From assembly GCA_021797745.1 (NCBI GenBank), contig JAJZZD010000005.1, positions 1,438-65,437 on the forward strand: DNA of 64,000 nt. Direction: 5' to 3'. Source of the stretch: Candidatus Micrarchaeota archaeon. Lineage in GTDB: Archaea; Micrarchaeota; Micrarchaeia; Micrarchaeales; CABMGC01. The notes beneath the pieces were generated by a model. The model searched no databases. It worked only from the letters and a program-made list of their open reading frames with translations, and was not told the origin of the DNA. A program made the position numbers and the translations under genes. Shown here piece after piece: positions 49,690 through 59,244 of the stretch. Each line of letters opens with the position of its first letter. The first letter of the stretch is position 1.

Positions 49690-50576
49690 ATTTGTTTTAA
49701 TTCTGCTCAATCTATGCGCAAAACCAATACCATTACTTCTTTGCCTTTATATTGGTCTAGTTCTTTGCCCGCCACTCTTATTTCGGCGTACGTATACTTT
49801 TTTTGCCCGCGTTTTATGTTTTTGACGTCAATTCTTTCATTTACTTTTGTTCTAAAACTTAGAAATGGGCAACCTTTTTTGTCTGTTTCTATTTTGTTTT
49901 TTGTGTTGGTCATTAAATCACCGCAAAATATTCTACCAGAAAATTCATATATTATATATCTATCCGTGCTTCTTTATTCTGTAAGAAAGGCTTAAATATC
50001 CAAGTGTGTCAGTGTGTCAATAGTGGGTTGGTGGATGAAAGAAACTAGTAATGGTCGGACAGACGCCATGACATCAGAAGACGATAAAGGCTATAAAGAT
50101 CAAATAGAGGAGTGGCCGCGCAGAATCGTTTCATTGGAGAACGCGCGCGAAATATGGTGCTACCTTCTCCACGCGCGCCTGAATGGCGTTCCCCAAAAAC
50201 GGATAAGGTAACCATGAGCAGGCCTGTCGCACAGTACTTGCCCGTATCACCCAAGAGCACCGTCAGCAAGGCAGGTAATGCAAACTCTCTCCCGACCTTC
50301 AAAAGCGCACTAGAAGCGCACTTAGCAGCACCACGGGTAGAACGGCGTTATTACAGGGCCGCACGCCACAAGGCGAATTCGGCGTTTTGAAGCGTCTCTT
50401 GTAGACCCTGTGAAGGACCGCCTTGAGCTCTTCGAGCTTCGATTTGGGCAGGCTGTTGGCCAGCTCCTCCAACCGGCTTGAAAACTCGCTGAAGACGAAC
50501 ACCGAACCTGCGTTCCCTCGCGTTTTAACCATGCCGAGCCCGCCGTGAACGGACCCTCCGCTCCGAAGACAAAAAC
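49690..50576. mobile_element. Probable relic of an integrative element at the tRNA-Asp 3' end
   Basis: Abuts the tRNA 3' CCA; compositional shifts; only short broken ORFs; truncates the HPP duplicate; no intact integrase or second att seen. Confidence 0.4.
49707..49913 (-). CDS. Small basic protein, possibly AbrB/DUF2080-like and MGE-associated
   Basis: 68 aa ending ELDQYKGKEVMVLV. Confidence 0.4.
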   Translation of the reverse strand: MTNTKNKIETDKKGCPFLSFRTKVNERIDVKNIKRGQKKYTYAEIRVAGKELDQYKGKEVMVLVLRID

Positions 50577-50673
50577 TGGCGCCTTGGCCGGGATTCGAAC
50601 CCGGGTCTCAAGCGAGCTGCCGCCTAAAAAGGCGTTGACAGGCTCGAATGCTGGACCACTACACTACCAAGGC
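50577..50673 (-). tRNA. tRNA-Asp(GTC) with a 21-nt intron at 37/38 (50615-50635) and encoded CCA
   Basis: GCCTTGG...CGAGC-CTGTCA[ACGCCTTTTTAGGCGGCAGCT]C-GCTTG...CCAAGGCGCCA; strict bulge-helix-bulge (CUGU/GCAG central helix). Confidence 0.93.
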
Positions 50674-50941
50674 TTGGTTCAACCGTATTAAGCTTCAATG
50701 AAAGCAGCGTTAAAGATACTATCATGAAAGCTATGTTTGCTATTAGTATTGGAAAGGAATTTAATTCAATCCCATACACTATCCAAAGAGCAAACGCCGC
50801 AGACAGGAATATCAGCCACGAAACTGAAAGGTCTTTTGTGGACTTAGTCCTTGCTGCTTTTATTACCTGGGGGATATATGCTATTATGTTGAGCGCCCCT
50901 GCGGCAAAACCTATGAGTGAAATATAAAATACGCTTATCAT
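50624..50941 (-). CDS. SemiSWEET/PQ-loop sugar transporter (3' end overlaps tRNA-Asp)
   Basis: AYIPQVIK, TKSTKDLS, LWIVYG, PILIAN. Confidence 0.88.
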   Translation of the reverse strand: MISVFYISLIGFAAGALNIIAYIPQVIKAARTKSTKDLSVSWLIFLSAAFALWIVYGIELNSFPILIANIAFMIVSLTLLSLKLNTVEPSLGSVVVQHSSLSTPF

Positions 50942-50973
50942 GAAATCACTGTTGCGCACGAATACGCTTGCAT

Positions 50974-51059
50974 TCCCGCTGGCCGGGGTCGAACCAGCAA
51001 CCTATCGGTATCTACTTTACAAGCTACAGCCGATCGCTCTGCCATTGAGCTACAGCGGG
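50974..51059 (-). tRNA. tRNA-Tyr(GTA) with a 14-nt intron at 37/38 (51010-51023)
   Basis: C1-G72 acceptor CCCGCTG/CAGCGGG-A; ATCGG-CTGTAG[CTTGTAAAGTAGAT]A-CCGAT; relaxed BHL motif. Confidence 0.92.
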
Positions 51060-51115
51060 TTTGGTATTTAATAACTGCAAGCAGTATATAAATATGTTCG
51101 TCGGTGTAAACTTTC

Positions 51116-53902
51116 ATGGCGATAAAAAGGCAGCAAAAAGGAAGAAAAGAAGCTAATGTTTTGTTCAGCGAGGCGCAAAAATATACGGCAAAGCAGCAGG
51201 CCGAAACTGGCAAAAGGAAGGCGTATCTCACCCCCCTTACCTACTACCGATTCAAGGACATGGCACGGGCAGTAGTCAACAACAAAAATTTTGCCGACGC
51301 ACTTGCAACAACTTTCGCTTTCGCAAGCATATCTATCGCGTTTCCCTTCCTGCCTTTGCCTATTCTGATACCTTTTCTCGCTCTGATTTTCATAATAACT
51401 ATGCTGCACTCATTCATGGGCCTGATTACGCTGCTTTTCCTCTCGTTCTTCCCCATCATGTACCAAGCGCCTCTGCTTGCATGGATTTACGCGCTTTTCG
51501 TTTCTGCAGCATTGTTTGTCGGATATTACTTCTACCGCGCTATAACGTTCCTGTTCCTGCTGGTAGCACTGCCGCTGTCTTTCCTGGGTTATCTTCTTGA
51601 GCTGCCAATGTTTTTGCTAGCGATAATTATACTAGGTTTCAAGCGCGCAGTGGGCGTTACTATAGCCGCTCTTGTCATCCTTGTGGCAGTTTCAGGAATG
51701 TCAGGAATTCCAATAGCAGGTCCTTTCATTTACAATACTGCTGGGGCGCACGCCATGATAATGCAAGATGCGTCGTATGCCAGTTACGTGGTCCCAGTCA
51801 AACCTGTGCCTGTGCTGTCAAACATTACCGGCGCATTCTTCAGTTCACTCGGCTCGTTTTTCAGTCTTGGTGTCGCAGGTGGAATTTCGGATGCAATATA
51901 CTACGGACTAACTGCGCTTGGCTATGCATTCCCACTTTTCCTTCTTCAGCTCCTGATTTGGCTGGTTGTGATATTCGTAGTGCACAACTATGCAATCAAA
52001 AGCCGTTCCGCATATAAAGGTGCTGAATCGAGCCTTTTTGGATTCCTGATACCCGTAGCTTACTACGTGCTCGCATCAGTGACTTCGCTGCAGTACAACT
52101 ATTTGGTACTGGTGAGCTTCCTGATAACGCCGGCATTGTTTTTCTCTGCTGAGTTGTTTGGTGTAGATATAGTGAAGGCATTGGAGGTTATGAAACAGGA
52201 TGTGCTAGGCAAATTCGGCACTGCGTTCGAAGACCTGTCACACGGATCAAAGGAAACGCTCGACGATGTTGCCGATTACACTGAGACTAAGCGTGAAATA
52301 CGGATGGCGCTTTTGGCTCCTATAGAGCACAGGGAAATATCAGGTGCATACGGCGTAAAGCCGGCCAAGGGAATACTGCTTTTCGGGCCTCCTGGAACAG
52401 GAAAGACGCTTCTCATGCGTGCAATAGCAAACGAGGTAAGGGCGAGCTTCTTCTACGTGAAAACGTCTAATGTAATATCTCCGTATCCCGGAGAGAGTGC
52501 GCAAATGCTTTCGAAGATATTCACCACTGCCAAAAAGAACGCTCCGAGCGTTCTTTTCTTCGACGAGATCGACGCAATAGCGGGAAAAAGGGAGCAGGAG
52601 TCGAGCGAATCGTCAAGGGAGCTGATGACTGCTTTGCTGACAGAGATGGATGGGTTCAATGCAGTTTCGGGTGTGGCGATAGTGGGAGCAACAAACATAC
52701 CAAATGCGCTGGACAGCGCGATTCTAAGACCTGGTAGATTCGACAAAATTCTTTACATGCCACTTCCTGACCAGAAAGGAAGAGCCGAAATACTCCAGTA
52801 TTATTTTTCCAGACTGCCGGCAAGCAAGGACCTTGATTTCGACCAGCTTGCCTCGCTCACAAGCAGGTATTCAGGTGCCGACCTTAAGAACATTGCCGAT
52901 GAAACTGCGAGGCAGGTGTCTGAAGCTGCGATAGCGCAGAGAAAAGTGCTGATCATAACTATGAAAGATATAATCAAAACCATAAAATCAACAAAGCCAT
53001 CGACAACGATGTCGCAGCTTGAAGATTACACTAAATTCAAAGTTGACTACGAGAGGCGCGCCCATCCCGAAAAGTCAGTCGAAAACGAGGTTAGGCTGAA
53101 GATCGATGATGTTGTTGGTTTGGAAGAAGCGAAGAGAGCGCTTTATGAAGCTGTGGAAGTGCCAATTTTGCATCCTGACATGGTCAAAAAATACGATATC
53201 ACTAACATAAAAGGAGTTCTGCTTTTCGGACCTCCCGGAACCGGAAAAACTATGCTTCTGAATGCGATTGCAGGCGAACTTGAAGATGTGCATATATTCA
53301 AGCTTTCCGGCTACGACATAAGCAGGTACGGAATTGAAAAGGCGCTTGTTGTCATAAAAGAAGCTTTCGACAGGGCAAAGGAGAACACACCAGCCATAAT
53401 ATTTATAGATGAAATAGACGCGCTTGTGCCTTCAAGGGAAGATTCAAGTGAACTGGGAATACAGATAACGGGTGAATTTCTCGAAGAGTTCGACGCCATA
53501 AAGCCATCGAGCGGCATAGTAGTAGTTGGAATCACAAACAGGCCATATTCCCTGGATACTGCGCTTCTTAGGCCCGGCAGATTCGACAAACTCATACTCG
53601 CGCCGCCTCCCAACGCAAAGGAACGCGAGGAGATTTTCAGACGCAATCTCGACAAGGTGCCTCTTGAGAACGATGTCGATTTCGCCAAGCTCGCGCAGAT
53701 GACAGAGCAGTACACTGGAGCAGATATACAGAACATCTGCAGGCAGGCGAAGATGAATGCGCTTGAATCCAGCATGGAAAATGGCGCGTTCAAAATATCA
53801 TTGGACGAACTGCTTAAACTGCTGCAGAAAATCAAGCCGTCTGTTACTACGTACTCGATGCAAAAATATACTGCTTTCATGGACCAGTACGGACAGCGCT
53901 GA
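51116..53902 (+). CDS. Polytopic membrane protein fused to tandem AAA+ ATPase domains
   Basis: Residues ~60-350 hydrophobic. Two GPPGTGKT Walker A motifs; FFDEID and FIDEID Walker B; two SRH motifs ending LRPGRFDK. Confidence 0.88.
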   Translation: MAIKRQQKGRKEANVLFSEAQKYTAKQQAETGKRKAYLTPLTYYRFKDMARAVVNNKNFADALATTFAFASISIAFPFLPLPILIPFLALIFIITMLHSFMGLITLLFLSFFPIMYQAPLLAWIYALFVSAALFVGYYFYRAITFLFLLVALPLSFLGYLLELPMFLLAIIILGFKRAVGVTIAALVILVAVSGMSGIPIAGPFIYNTAGAHAMIMQDASYASYVVPVKPVPVLSNITGAFFSSLGSFFSLGVAGGISDAIYYGLTALGYAFPLFLLQLLIWLVVIFVVHNYAIKSRSAYKGAESSLFGFLIPVAYYVLASVTSLQYNYLVLVSFLITPALFFSAELFGVDIVKALEVMKQDVLGKFGTAFEDLSHGSKETLDDVADYTETKREIRMALLAPIEHREISGAYGVKPAKGILLFGPPGTGKTLLMRAIANEVRASFFYVKTSNVISPYPGESAQMLSKIFTTAKKNAPSVLFFDEIDAIAGKREQESSESSRELMTALLTEMDGFNAVSGVAIVGATNIPNALDSAILRPGRFDKILYMPLPDQKGRAEILQYYFSRLPASKDLDFDQLASLTSRYSGADLKNIADETARQVSEAAIAQRKVLIITMKDIIKTIKSTKPSTTMSQLEDYTKFKVDYERRAHPEKSVENEVRLKIDDVVGLEEAKRALYEAVEVPILHPDMVKKYDITNIKGVLLFGPPGTGKTMLLNAIAGELEDVHIFKLSGYDISRYGIEKALVVIKEAFDRAKENTPAIIFIDEIDALVPSREDSSELGIQITGEFLEEFDAIKPSSGIVVVGITNRPYSLDTALLRPGRFDKLILAPPPNAKEREEIFRRNLDKVPLENDVDFAKLAQMTEQYTGADIQNICRQAKMNALESSMENGAFKISLDELLKLLQKIKPSVTTYSMQKYTAFMDQYGQR

Positions 53903-53985
53903 CGCATTGCTCCAAATGCAAGATGCGCCACCGTCATTATTTTAAATGATGACGTCTGATTATACTTAGTTGCAAATGTGATTAT

Positions 53986-54654
53986 ATGACGGCAAATACT
54001 GATTTACTCAATCCAGCGTTCAAATTCCTTTCTGATAATTTTGTCAGTTTCCTGCTGCTTACTGTAGTGTTTCTCATAGCGTACTTTGCGATATACGGCA
54101 TATTCAGCGCCATTGCCGGTGCAGTTTCGTTCACTTCTGCATATTACGGGCCGTTCTACTATTCTGCCTTTGGCTTTAACCAGTTGACCTATGCTATTGT
54201 TCAATCCATAGGGACGCTGCTCATGTCTGCAGCTGTGCTCATATTCATAGCGTCTTTGTTTGAAACAATAGCGCTTATAAAATCAAAAAAATTCGATTTC
54301 GCTCTGGCAATAGGCAACGGAATCAAGCGGGCGCTGTCAAATAAGAACTTGCTCGCGATTGTTCTGCTGCTGGGTTTTGTTGGAGGATTCTTATCGAGCT
54401 ATGCCGGAGCGGGTCCTGATTATTTGTTCTACGTAAACTGGCTCGGATTTTTCGTATTCGGATTGTTCACTGCTGCGTACGTGGGGATTGCGCTCGGTGC
54501 GCAGTCAAGCAGCCACAATGCCAATTTCCTGCAGGTATTCAGTAAAATATCAGGCAACGCCGGAGCCGTGCTTTACGTGACGCTGCTTGCCTCGATAGTT
54601 CCTGTGTTCGGGATTATCCTTCTGCCTCTGGCTGTAATAATCTTGGAGTCGTAG
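53986..54654 (+). CDS. Hypothetical multi-TM membrane protein
   Basis: 222 aa with about 5-6 hydrophobic segments; co-oriented with the AAA+ gene. Confidence 0.65.
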   Translation: MTANTDLLNPAFKFLSDNFVSFLLLTVVFLIAYFAIYGIFSAIAGAVSFTSAYYGPFYYSAFGFNQLTYAIVQSIGTLLMSAAVLIFIASLFETIALIKSKKFDFALAIGNGIKRALSNKNLLAIVLLLGFVGGFLSSYAGAGPDYLFYVNWLGFFVFGLFTAAYVGIALGAQSSSHNANFLQVFSKISGNAGAVLYVTLLASIVPVFGIILLPLAVIILES

Positions 54655-54666
54655 ACTGCGCAGTGC

Positions 54667-55539
54667 TTACTTTTTGCAGAAAGCGTATCCAAGTATTAGA
54701 TACGTCATTTTCGCGACCAGAAAATCAGGGGCCACAATTCCCGGAATTGGATTCAATTCGCACACATCCATGCCTATAAGCTCCTTATCCTCCAAAACCG
54801 TTTTTATTATGTGCGTAAGCTCGTGAAAACTAAGCCCATCCGGTTCAGGGGTGCCTGTGCTTGGCATTATCCCGGGGTCTAGCACATCAACGTCTATTGT
54901 AATGTACACCCTTCCTTTCGATTTCTTCGCTATGTCCTTCCCTATTTCTTCAGGGCTTTTGCCCCTCATGTTTTTTCTGTAAATGGTATCCTTTTCATGT
55001 TTTGAATAAGCTTCACTGAAAGTGCTCCTCACGCCTATGCTTATGCAGCTCTTAGAAATTTCCCTTGCCCTTGCCATCACGTTTGCATGCCCGTACTTGC
55101 TGCCCATATACTCATCGCGGGCATCGCTGTGCGCGTCGAAATGCAATACTGTGAACTCCTTGTATTTCCTGCTTGCCGCCGTTATCCCGCCAAGCGCTAT
55201 CGAATGGTCGCCGCCAAGCAGCAACGGCACCTTGCCGTCCTCCAAGGCGAGCAAAACCTCCTTTTCTATCCTGCGTATGTTATTCTCCGGGGAGCTTACG
55301 TCAGGCTCAAGGTCCTCGACCGTGAATACGCCTATTTTGCTTACGTCTGTTTCCAGCTCCTCGCTGAACAGCTCAAGATTCCTGCTAGCTTCTATTATTG
55401 CATGCGGCCCTTCTCGCGCCCCTGACCTGTACGACACAGTAGAGTCGTATGGAACAGGGAAAACGATCACCTTCGAATTTTCATATTCTGATTCTACACC
55501 GAAAAGGTTGTGCGGCGGCAGCGCATCGAGTATCCTCAT
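54667..55539 (-). CDS. speB: Agmatinase
   Basis: GGDHS, FDAHSD, IDVDVLDP, TGTPEPDG, DVCELNP. Confidence 0.92.
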   Translation of the reverse strand: MRILDALPPHNLFGVESEYENSKVIVFPVPYDSTVSYRSGAREGPHAIIEASRNLELFSEELETDVSKIGVFTVEDLEPDVSSPENNIRRIEKEVLLALEDGKVPLLLGGDHSIALGGITAASRKYKEFTVLHFDAHSDARDEYMGSKYGHANVMARAREISKSCISIGVRSTFSEAYSKHEKDTIYRKNMRGKSPEEIGKDIAKKSKGRVYITIDVDVLDPGIMPSTGTPEPDGLSFHELTHIIKTVLEDKELIGMDVCELNPIPGIVAPDFLVAKMTYLILGYAFCKK

Positions 55540-55620
55540 GAAATCATCCCTTTTGGCATTTTCCTGAATACTAATACTTAATCGCGATAGGGTTAAATAC
55601 GCGTTTGCAGCCTGCGCGTT

Positions 55621-56988
55621 TCAGTGGAATAACGCCGCGGCTGCGTTGCTCGCAAGTTGCATCACCGGATTTGGGAATATCCCAAAAGCAAGTGTAATCA
55701 GTACGCACGCGGCAACAACGGATATTGTAACGGCGCCAGCCTGTACGTGCCTTGCTCCCACCTTGTCAGTGAACATTGCAAATATCACGCGCGAGTAATA
55801 AAATACTGAAATGACACTGTTCAATATTCCTATCAGCGCAAGGAACAAAAGCCCCGCGTTCACTGCGCTCACGAATATCAGCAGTTTGCCGATGAATCCT
55901 GTTGTGAGCGGCACGCCTATCAACGAGAGCATGAGCACGCTCGCACAAACTGCCATAAACTTATTTTCCTTGAATAAGCCTATCATATCAACTATTTCGT
56001 TCCTGCTGTTTTTCTCAAGCCATGCGACTATGCACATCAGGCCTATGAACATGAACATGTGCGCGAATATCTGGAACATGCTTGCGTATATTCCGAGTTG
56101 ACTCGCAGTTGCTATTCCTATCAATATGTATCCTGCCTGCGATATAGAGGAATATGCTAGCATCCTCTTGAAATTCCTCTGGACGAGCGCAACCAAATTG
56201 CCGTAGAACATGGTAAGTATCGCGAGCGCGACCAGAACATCGAACGCGAACCTGAACGTTATGAATAAGAGTATGACTATCTGAATCAGCGCGGCAAATC
56301 CCACTTTTTTGTTTATGCCGCCTAGCATGGCAGTCACATATGCAGAAGAGCCTTGGTATATGTCAGGAATCAGCACGTTGAATGGGAACAGCGAAGCTTC
56401 GAATCCGAGAGCCGCAATGAATATCGCACTTGCAAATACTGTGATTACTGCAAAGTTCTGTTCAGCAAGCGCAGTCGAGCCCGAAGCGCCGTATATCAGC
56501 ACCACTGCAAACGATACGAGTGCCGTGGCCAGAGACGCCATTATGAGAAATTTAGTGGCCGCCTCGAGGCTTCTTTTCCTTGATAGGAGGGACATGAACA
56601 CGCTCGGAATCGACATCAGTTCTAAACCGAGGAATATCATTATCAACGAACTTGCAGATGCAACCAGGTACATGCCTATGAGCGCGAATGCACTAAGTAC
56701 TGCGAAATCGCCGTAATTATCGGCATATTCATATGCTATTGAGCTTACAGCAAGCATGCCTGCTGTGAACAGGAGCATGAAAAACGTCGAGAACTGGCTA
56801 ATTTTCACTGTCCCAAGATATGTCGCACTGCCAGGCAAGGAACTGAGCAGTAATAGCGTACCGAAAAGGGAAAACAGCACCGCTTCATTGTACGCAAATA
56901 TTACTTTTTTGTTCCTGAGGTTCCAGAGTACCGCATCTCCGAAAACCAGAGCAAGGCACAGTGCAGCGAAAACATCTATGTATATCAT
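55621..56988 (-). CDS. nuoN: Complex I subunit N
   Basis: FLGLELMS, SLEAATKF, PDIYQG, KRMLAYSSISQAGY, PLTTGFIGK. Confidence 0.9.
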   Translation of the reverse strand: MIYIDVFAALCLALVFGDAVLWNLRNKKVIFAYNEAVLFSLFGTLLLLSSLPGSATYLGTVKISQFSTFFMLLFTAGMLAVSSIAYEYADNYGDFAVLSAFALIGMYLVASASSLIMIFLGLELMSIPSVFMSLLSRKRSLEAATKFLIMASLATALVSFAVVLIYGASGSTALAEQNFAVITVFASAIFIAALGFEASLFPFNVLIPDIYQGSSAYVTAMLGGINKKVGFAALIQIVILLFITFRFAFDVLVALAILTMFYGNLVALVQRNFKRMLAYSSISQAGYILIGIATASQLGIYASMFQIFAHMFMFIGLMCIVAWLEKNSRNEIVDMIGLFKENKFMAVCASVLMLSLIGVPLTTGFIGKLLIFVSAVNAGLLFLALIGILNSVISVFYYSRVIFAMFTDKVGARHVQAGAVTISVVAACVLITLAFGIFPNPVMQLASNAAAALFH

Positions 56989-56994
56989 CAGGTA

Positions 56995-57100
56995 TCACAT
57001 CAAACTAATATTCAACTCGCATTCCACTTAATTCCACTTACATTAAACTTGTACTCAACCAACACAAAACCAATACGTTACAGCACAATCAATATATTGC
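56995..57100. repeat. G-poor spacer with tandem ATTCCACTTA x2 between nuoL and nuoN
   Basis: attccactta attccactta at 57021-57040, with flanking A/C-rich sequence. Confidence 0.55.
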
Positions 57101-57101
57101 A

Positions 57102-58934
57102 TCAGAGAATCACCGACAAAGCCACCACCAGAATTACAAACAAGCCCGCAGCGAAAAGCGCCACATAATAATTCAACTTGCCAGTCGCTGCGAAGCTAGA
57201 GTAATAGCCGAACCTGTTGATTGCATGCCCAAGCCTGTCGAACAGTTCGTTAATCTGCAAATCAAGGAAATAAAAGCCATCTGCTATTTCGATGAACATT
57301 AGGCAGAAATACTTGTATACTGCATTGAATATGAAAGTTGTCTGCGGAAGCTGGTGGCCCTTCATTCCGATTCGTTTAGCTGTTTTTGCCAGCGCAGAAC
57401 TTGCACGTGCATACACTAAATATGCCAAAATCAGTCCTGCAACAGCAATAAGCGTTTCAATAACCGATTCAGCAACGTTTATTGAAAGCAGGTTGTAGTT
57501 TGCGTAGCCAGGCACACCATGATACGCAAGGCCATTCGGAATATATGTCTGTGCGTACACGAACCATGCTCCAGCAATCAGTGTAAACGCGGCCATCGCT
57601 AGCATGCTGTACTTCATGCTCCTGGGCTGCATGTCATATGCGATTTCCACACTTTTGTCTGCTTTCTTGGAAATCGTGAAGAACCATCTGAACATGTAGA
57701 AGCTTGTGGCAAGTCCCATTGCAAGCATGACTAAATATATTATGAAATTCATTTCAAATGCAGACTGCGCGGCGAGCGCACCGAATGCAGAACCGAGACC
57801 TACATTCGAAAAGAAGCCGTCAAAAGGTATGAATCCCGCAATTGCGAGCACACCAAAAAGCGTAGTTACGAAAATCATCCTGTTGCTTCTGACCCCGCCG
57901 ATTTCATCAAGCCTCTCCTTTCCTGTGGCTTCCATTGCGCTGCCCGCGCTGAAAAACAGGAGCACCTTATAAAAACCCTGGGCCAAGAAGAAGTAAATGC
58001 CTGCGGCAAGGGCTCCTCCGCATACGGCAACAAGCATAAGTGCGAGTTCCTGTACTGTGGAATATGCTATTACTTTCTTTATTTGCATTTCCTTCATCGC
58101 ATTAAGCGCTGCAAGCACCGCAGTTATTACTCCCACTATTATTATAGGTTGCAAATAACCGTACGCCGCAAATATTGGCAGCAAAATTATTACTGCAAAC
58201 ACGCCCGCTTTTACCATCGTAGCAGAATGAAGAAGCGCGGAAACAGTTGTCGGTCCTTCCATCGCATCGGAAAGCCATTCATGAAAAGGGAATTGCGCAG
58301 ATTTCGTAAAAACCGCAGCCGTGAGGAGAAAAACCGCCACGCCAGGCAAGATTCCGGAATGTGCCTCAATGCCCGACAATATGGGCCCGAAGTTGAGAGT
58401 GCCGAACGATACTAGAAATAGGACTATTGCCGCAAAAAGCAGTATATCTCCTATCATGACTATTGTAATCGCTTTTCTGGCGGCTGCGGCAGCCCTGTCC
58501 CTGCTGTTGTAAAATCCTATTAGCAGATAACTTGCAACGCTCAGGAATTCCCAGGCGATGAAAAAAACAATGAAGCCTCCGGCCATTGCGAAAATTACCA
58601 TTGCGGTTTCGAATCCGAGCATCTCTATGTAATACCTTTTCTGCTCGCTCGGCAGCTTTATGTAGCCGAAAGAGTACAGGAAAATGAACGGGCTTATCGC
58701 AAGCACCATGAACAGCAGGAGCAGATTTACAGCGCCAACTGAAAACGTGATGCTTAACTGATAATTCCCAACGCCAATCCAGCCGTACGTGTATGTGCCT
58801 GTGCCTATGAACGGGAGCAGCGCCAGGCTTATTACGCTCGCAGCCAACGCAGCGTATTTCGCCTGCTTTCTGTCGAGTATCGCGGCGAGAAGTATGGCAG
58901 CTAAAAGAGGCAAAATCAAGATTATAGGTACCAA
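57102..58934 (-). CDS. nuoL: Complex I subunit L
   Basis: FIAWEFL...SYLLIGF, KSAQFPFHEWLSDAMEGPT, LLHSATMVKAG, AYSTVQEL. Confidence 0.92.
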   Translation of the reverse strand: MVPIILILPLLAAILLAAILDRKQAKYAALAASVISLALLPFIGTGTYTYGWIGVGNYQLSITFSVGAVNLLLLFMVLAISPFIFLYSFGYIKLPSEQKRYYIEMLGFETAMVIFAMAGGFIVFFIAWEFLSVASYLLIGFYNSRDRAAAAARKAITIVMIGDILLFAAIVLFLVSFGTLNFGPILSGIEAHSGILPGVAVFLLTAAVFTKSAQFPFHEWLSDAMEGPTTVSALLHSATMVKAGVFAVIILLPIFAAYGYLQPIIIVGVITAVLAALNAMKEMQIKKVIAYSTVQELALMLVAVCGGALAAGIYFFLAQGFYKVLLFFSAGSAMEATGKERLDEIGGVRSNRMIFVTTLFGVLAIAGFIPFDGFFSNVGLGSAFGALAAQSAFEMNFIIYLVMLAMGLATSFYMFRWFFTISKKADKSVEIAYDMQPRSMKYSMLAMAAFTLIAGAWFVYAQTYIPNGLAYHGVPGYANYNLLSINVAESVIETLIAVAGLILAYLVYARASSALAKTAKRIGMKGHQLPQTTFIFNAVYKYFCLMFIEIADGFYFLDLQINELFDRLGHAINRFGYYSSFAATGKLNYYVALFAAGLFVILVVALSVIL

Positions 58935-58938
58935 ATAT

Positions 58939-59244
58939 TCACCTCTTCAAATCTGACAGTTTGCTCACGTCGAAATCGAATCCCTGCGATTTCATGAACA
59001 CGTAGAAAGTTATGAGCGCTATGACCTCCACAGCGGCGACTGCCCACAGGCTTATCAGAAGAATGATGCCGTCGCCTCCAGGGTTCTGGGAATAGGACAT
59101 GAAAGTAACCAGTGCGATTACGCTCGACAGCAATATGAGCTCTATGCACACCATCATCACGACAAAATGCCTTTCCGCAATCAGGCCGGCTAGCGCTGCA
59201 GACAGCAGGCCAATGCTTGCAAGGAACGAATAAATGAACAGCAT
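58939..59244 (-). CDS. nuoK: Complex I subunit K
   Basis: MMVCIELIL, AVAAVE; operon position. Confidence 0.85.
   Translation of the reverse strand: MLFIYSFLASIGLLSAALAGLIAERHFVVMMVCIELILLSSVIALVTFMSYSQNPGGDGIILLISLWAVAAVEVIALITFYVFMKSQGFDFDVSKLSDLKR

Noticed and set aside
50200..50576. GC-rich block as SRP RNA or RNase P RNA
   Set aside because: No GAGGAAAGUCC P4 motif or SRP helix-8 motif recognised on either strand.
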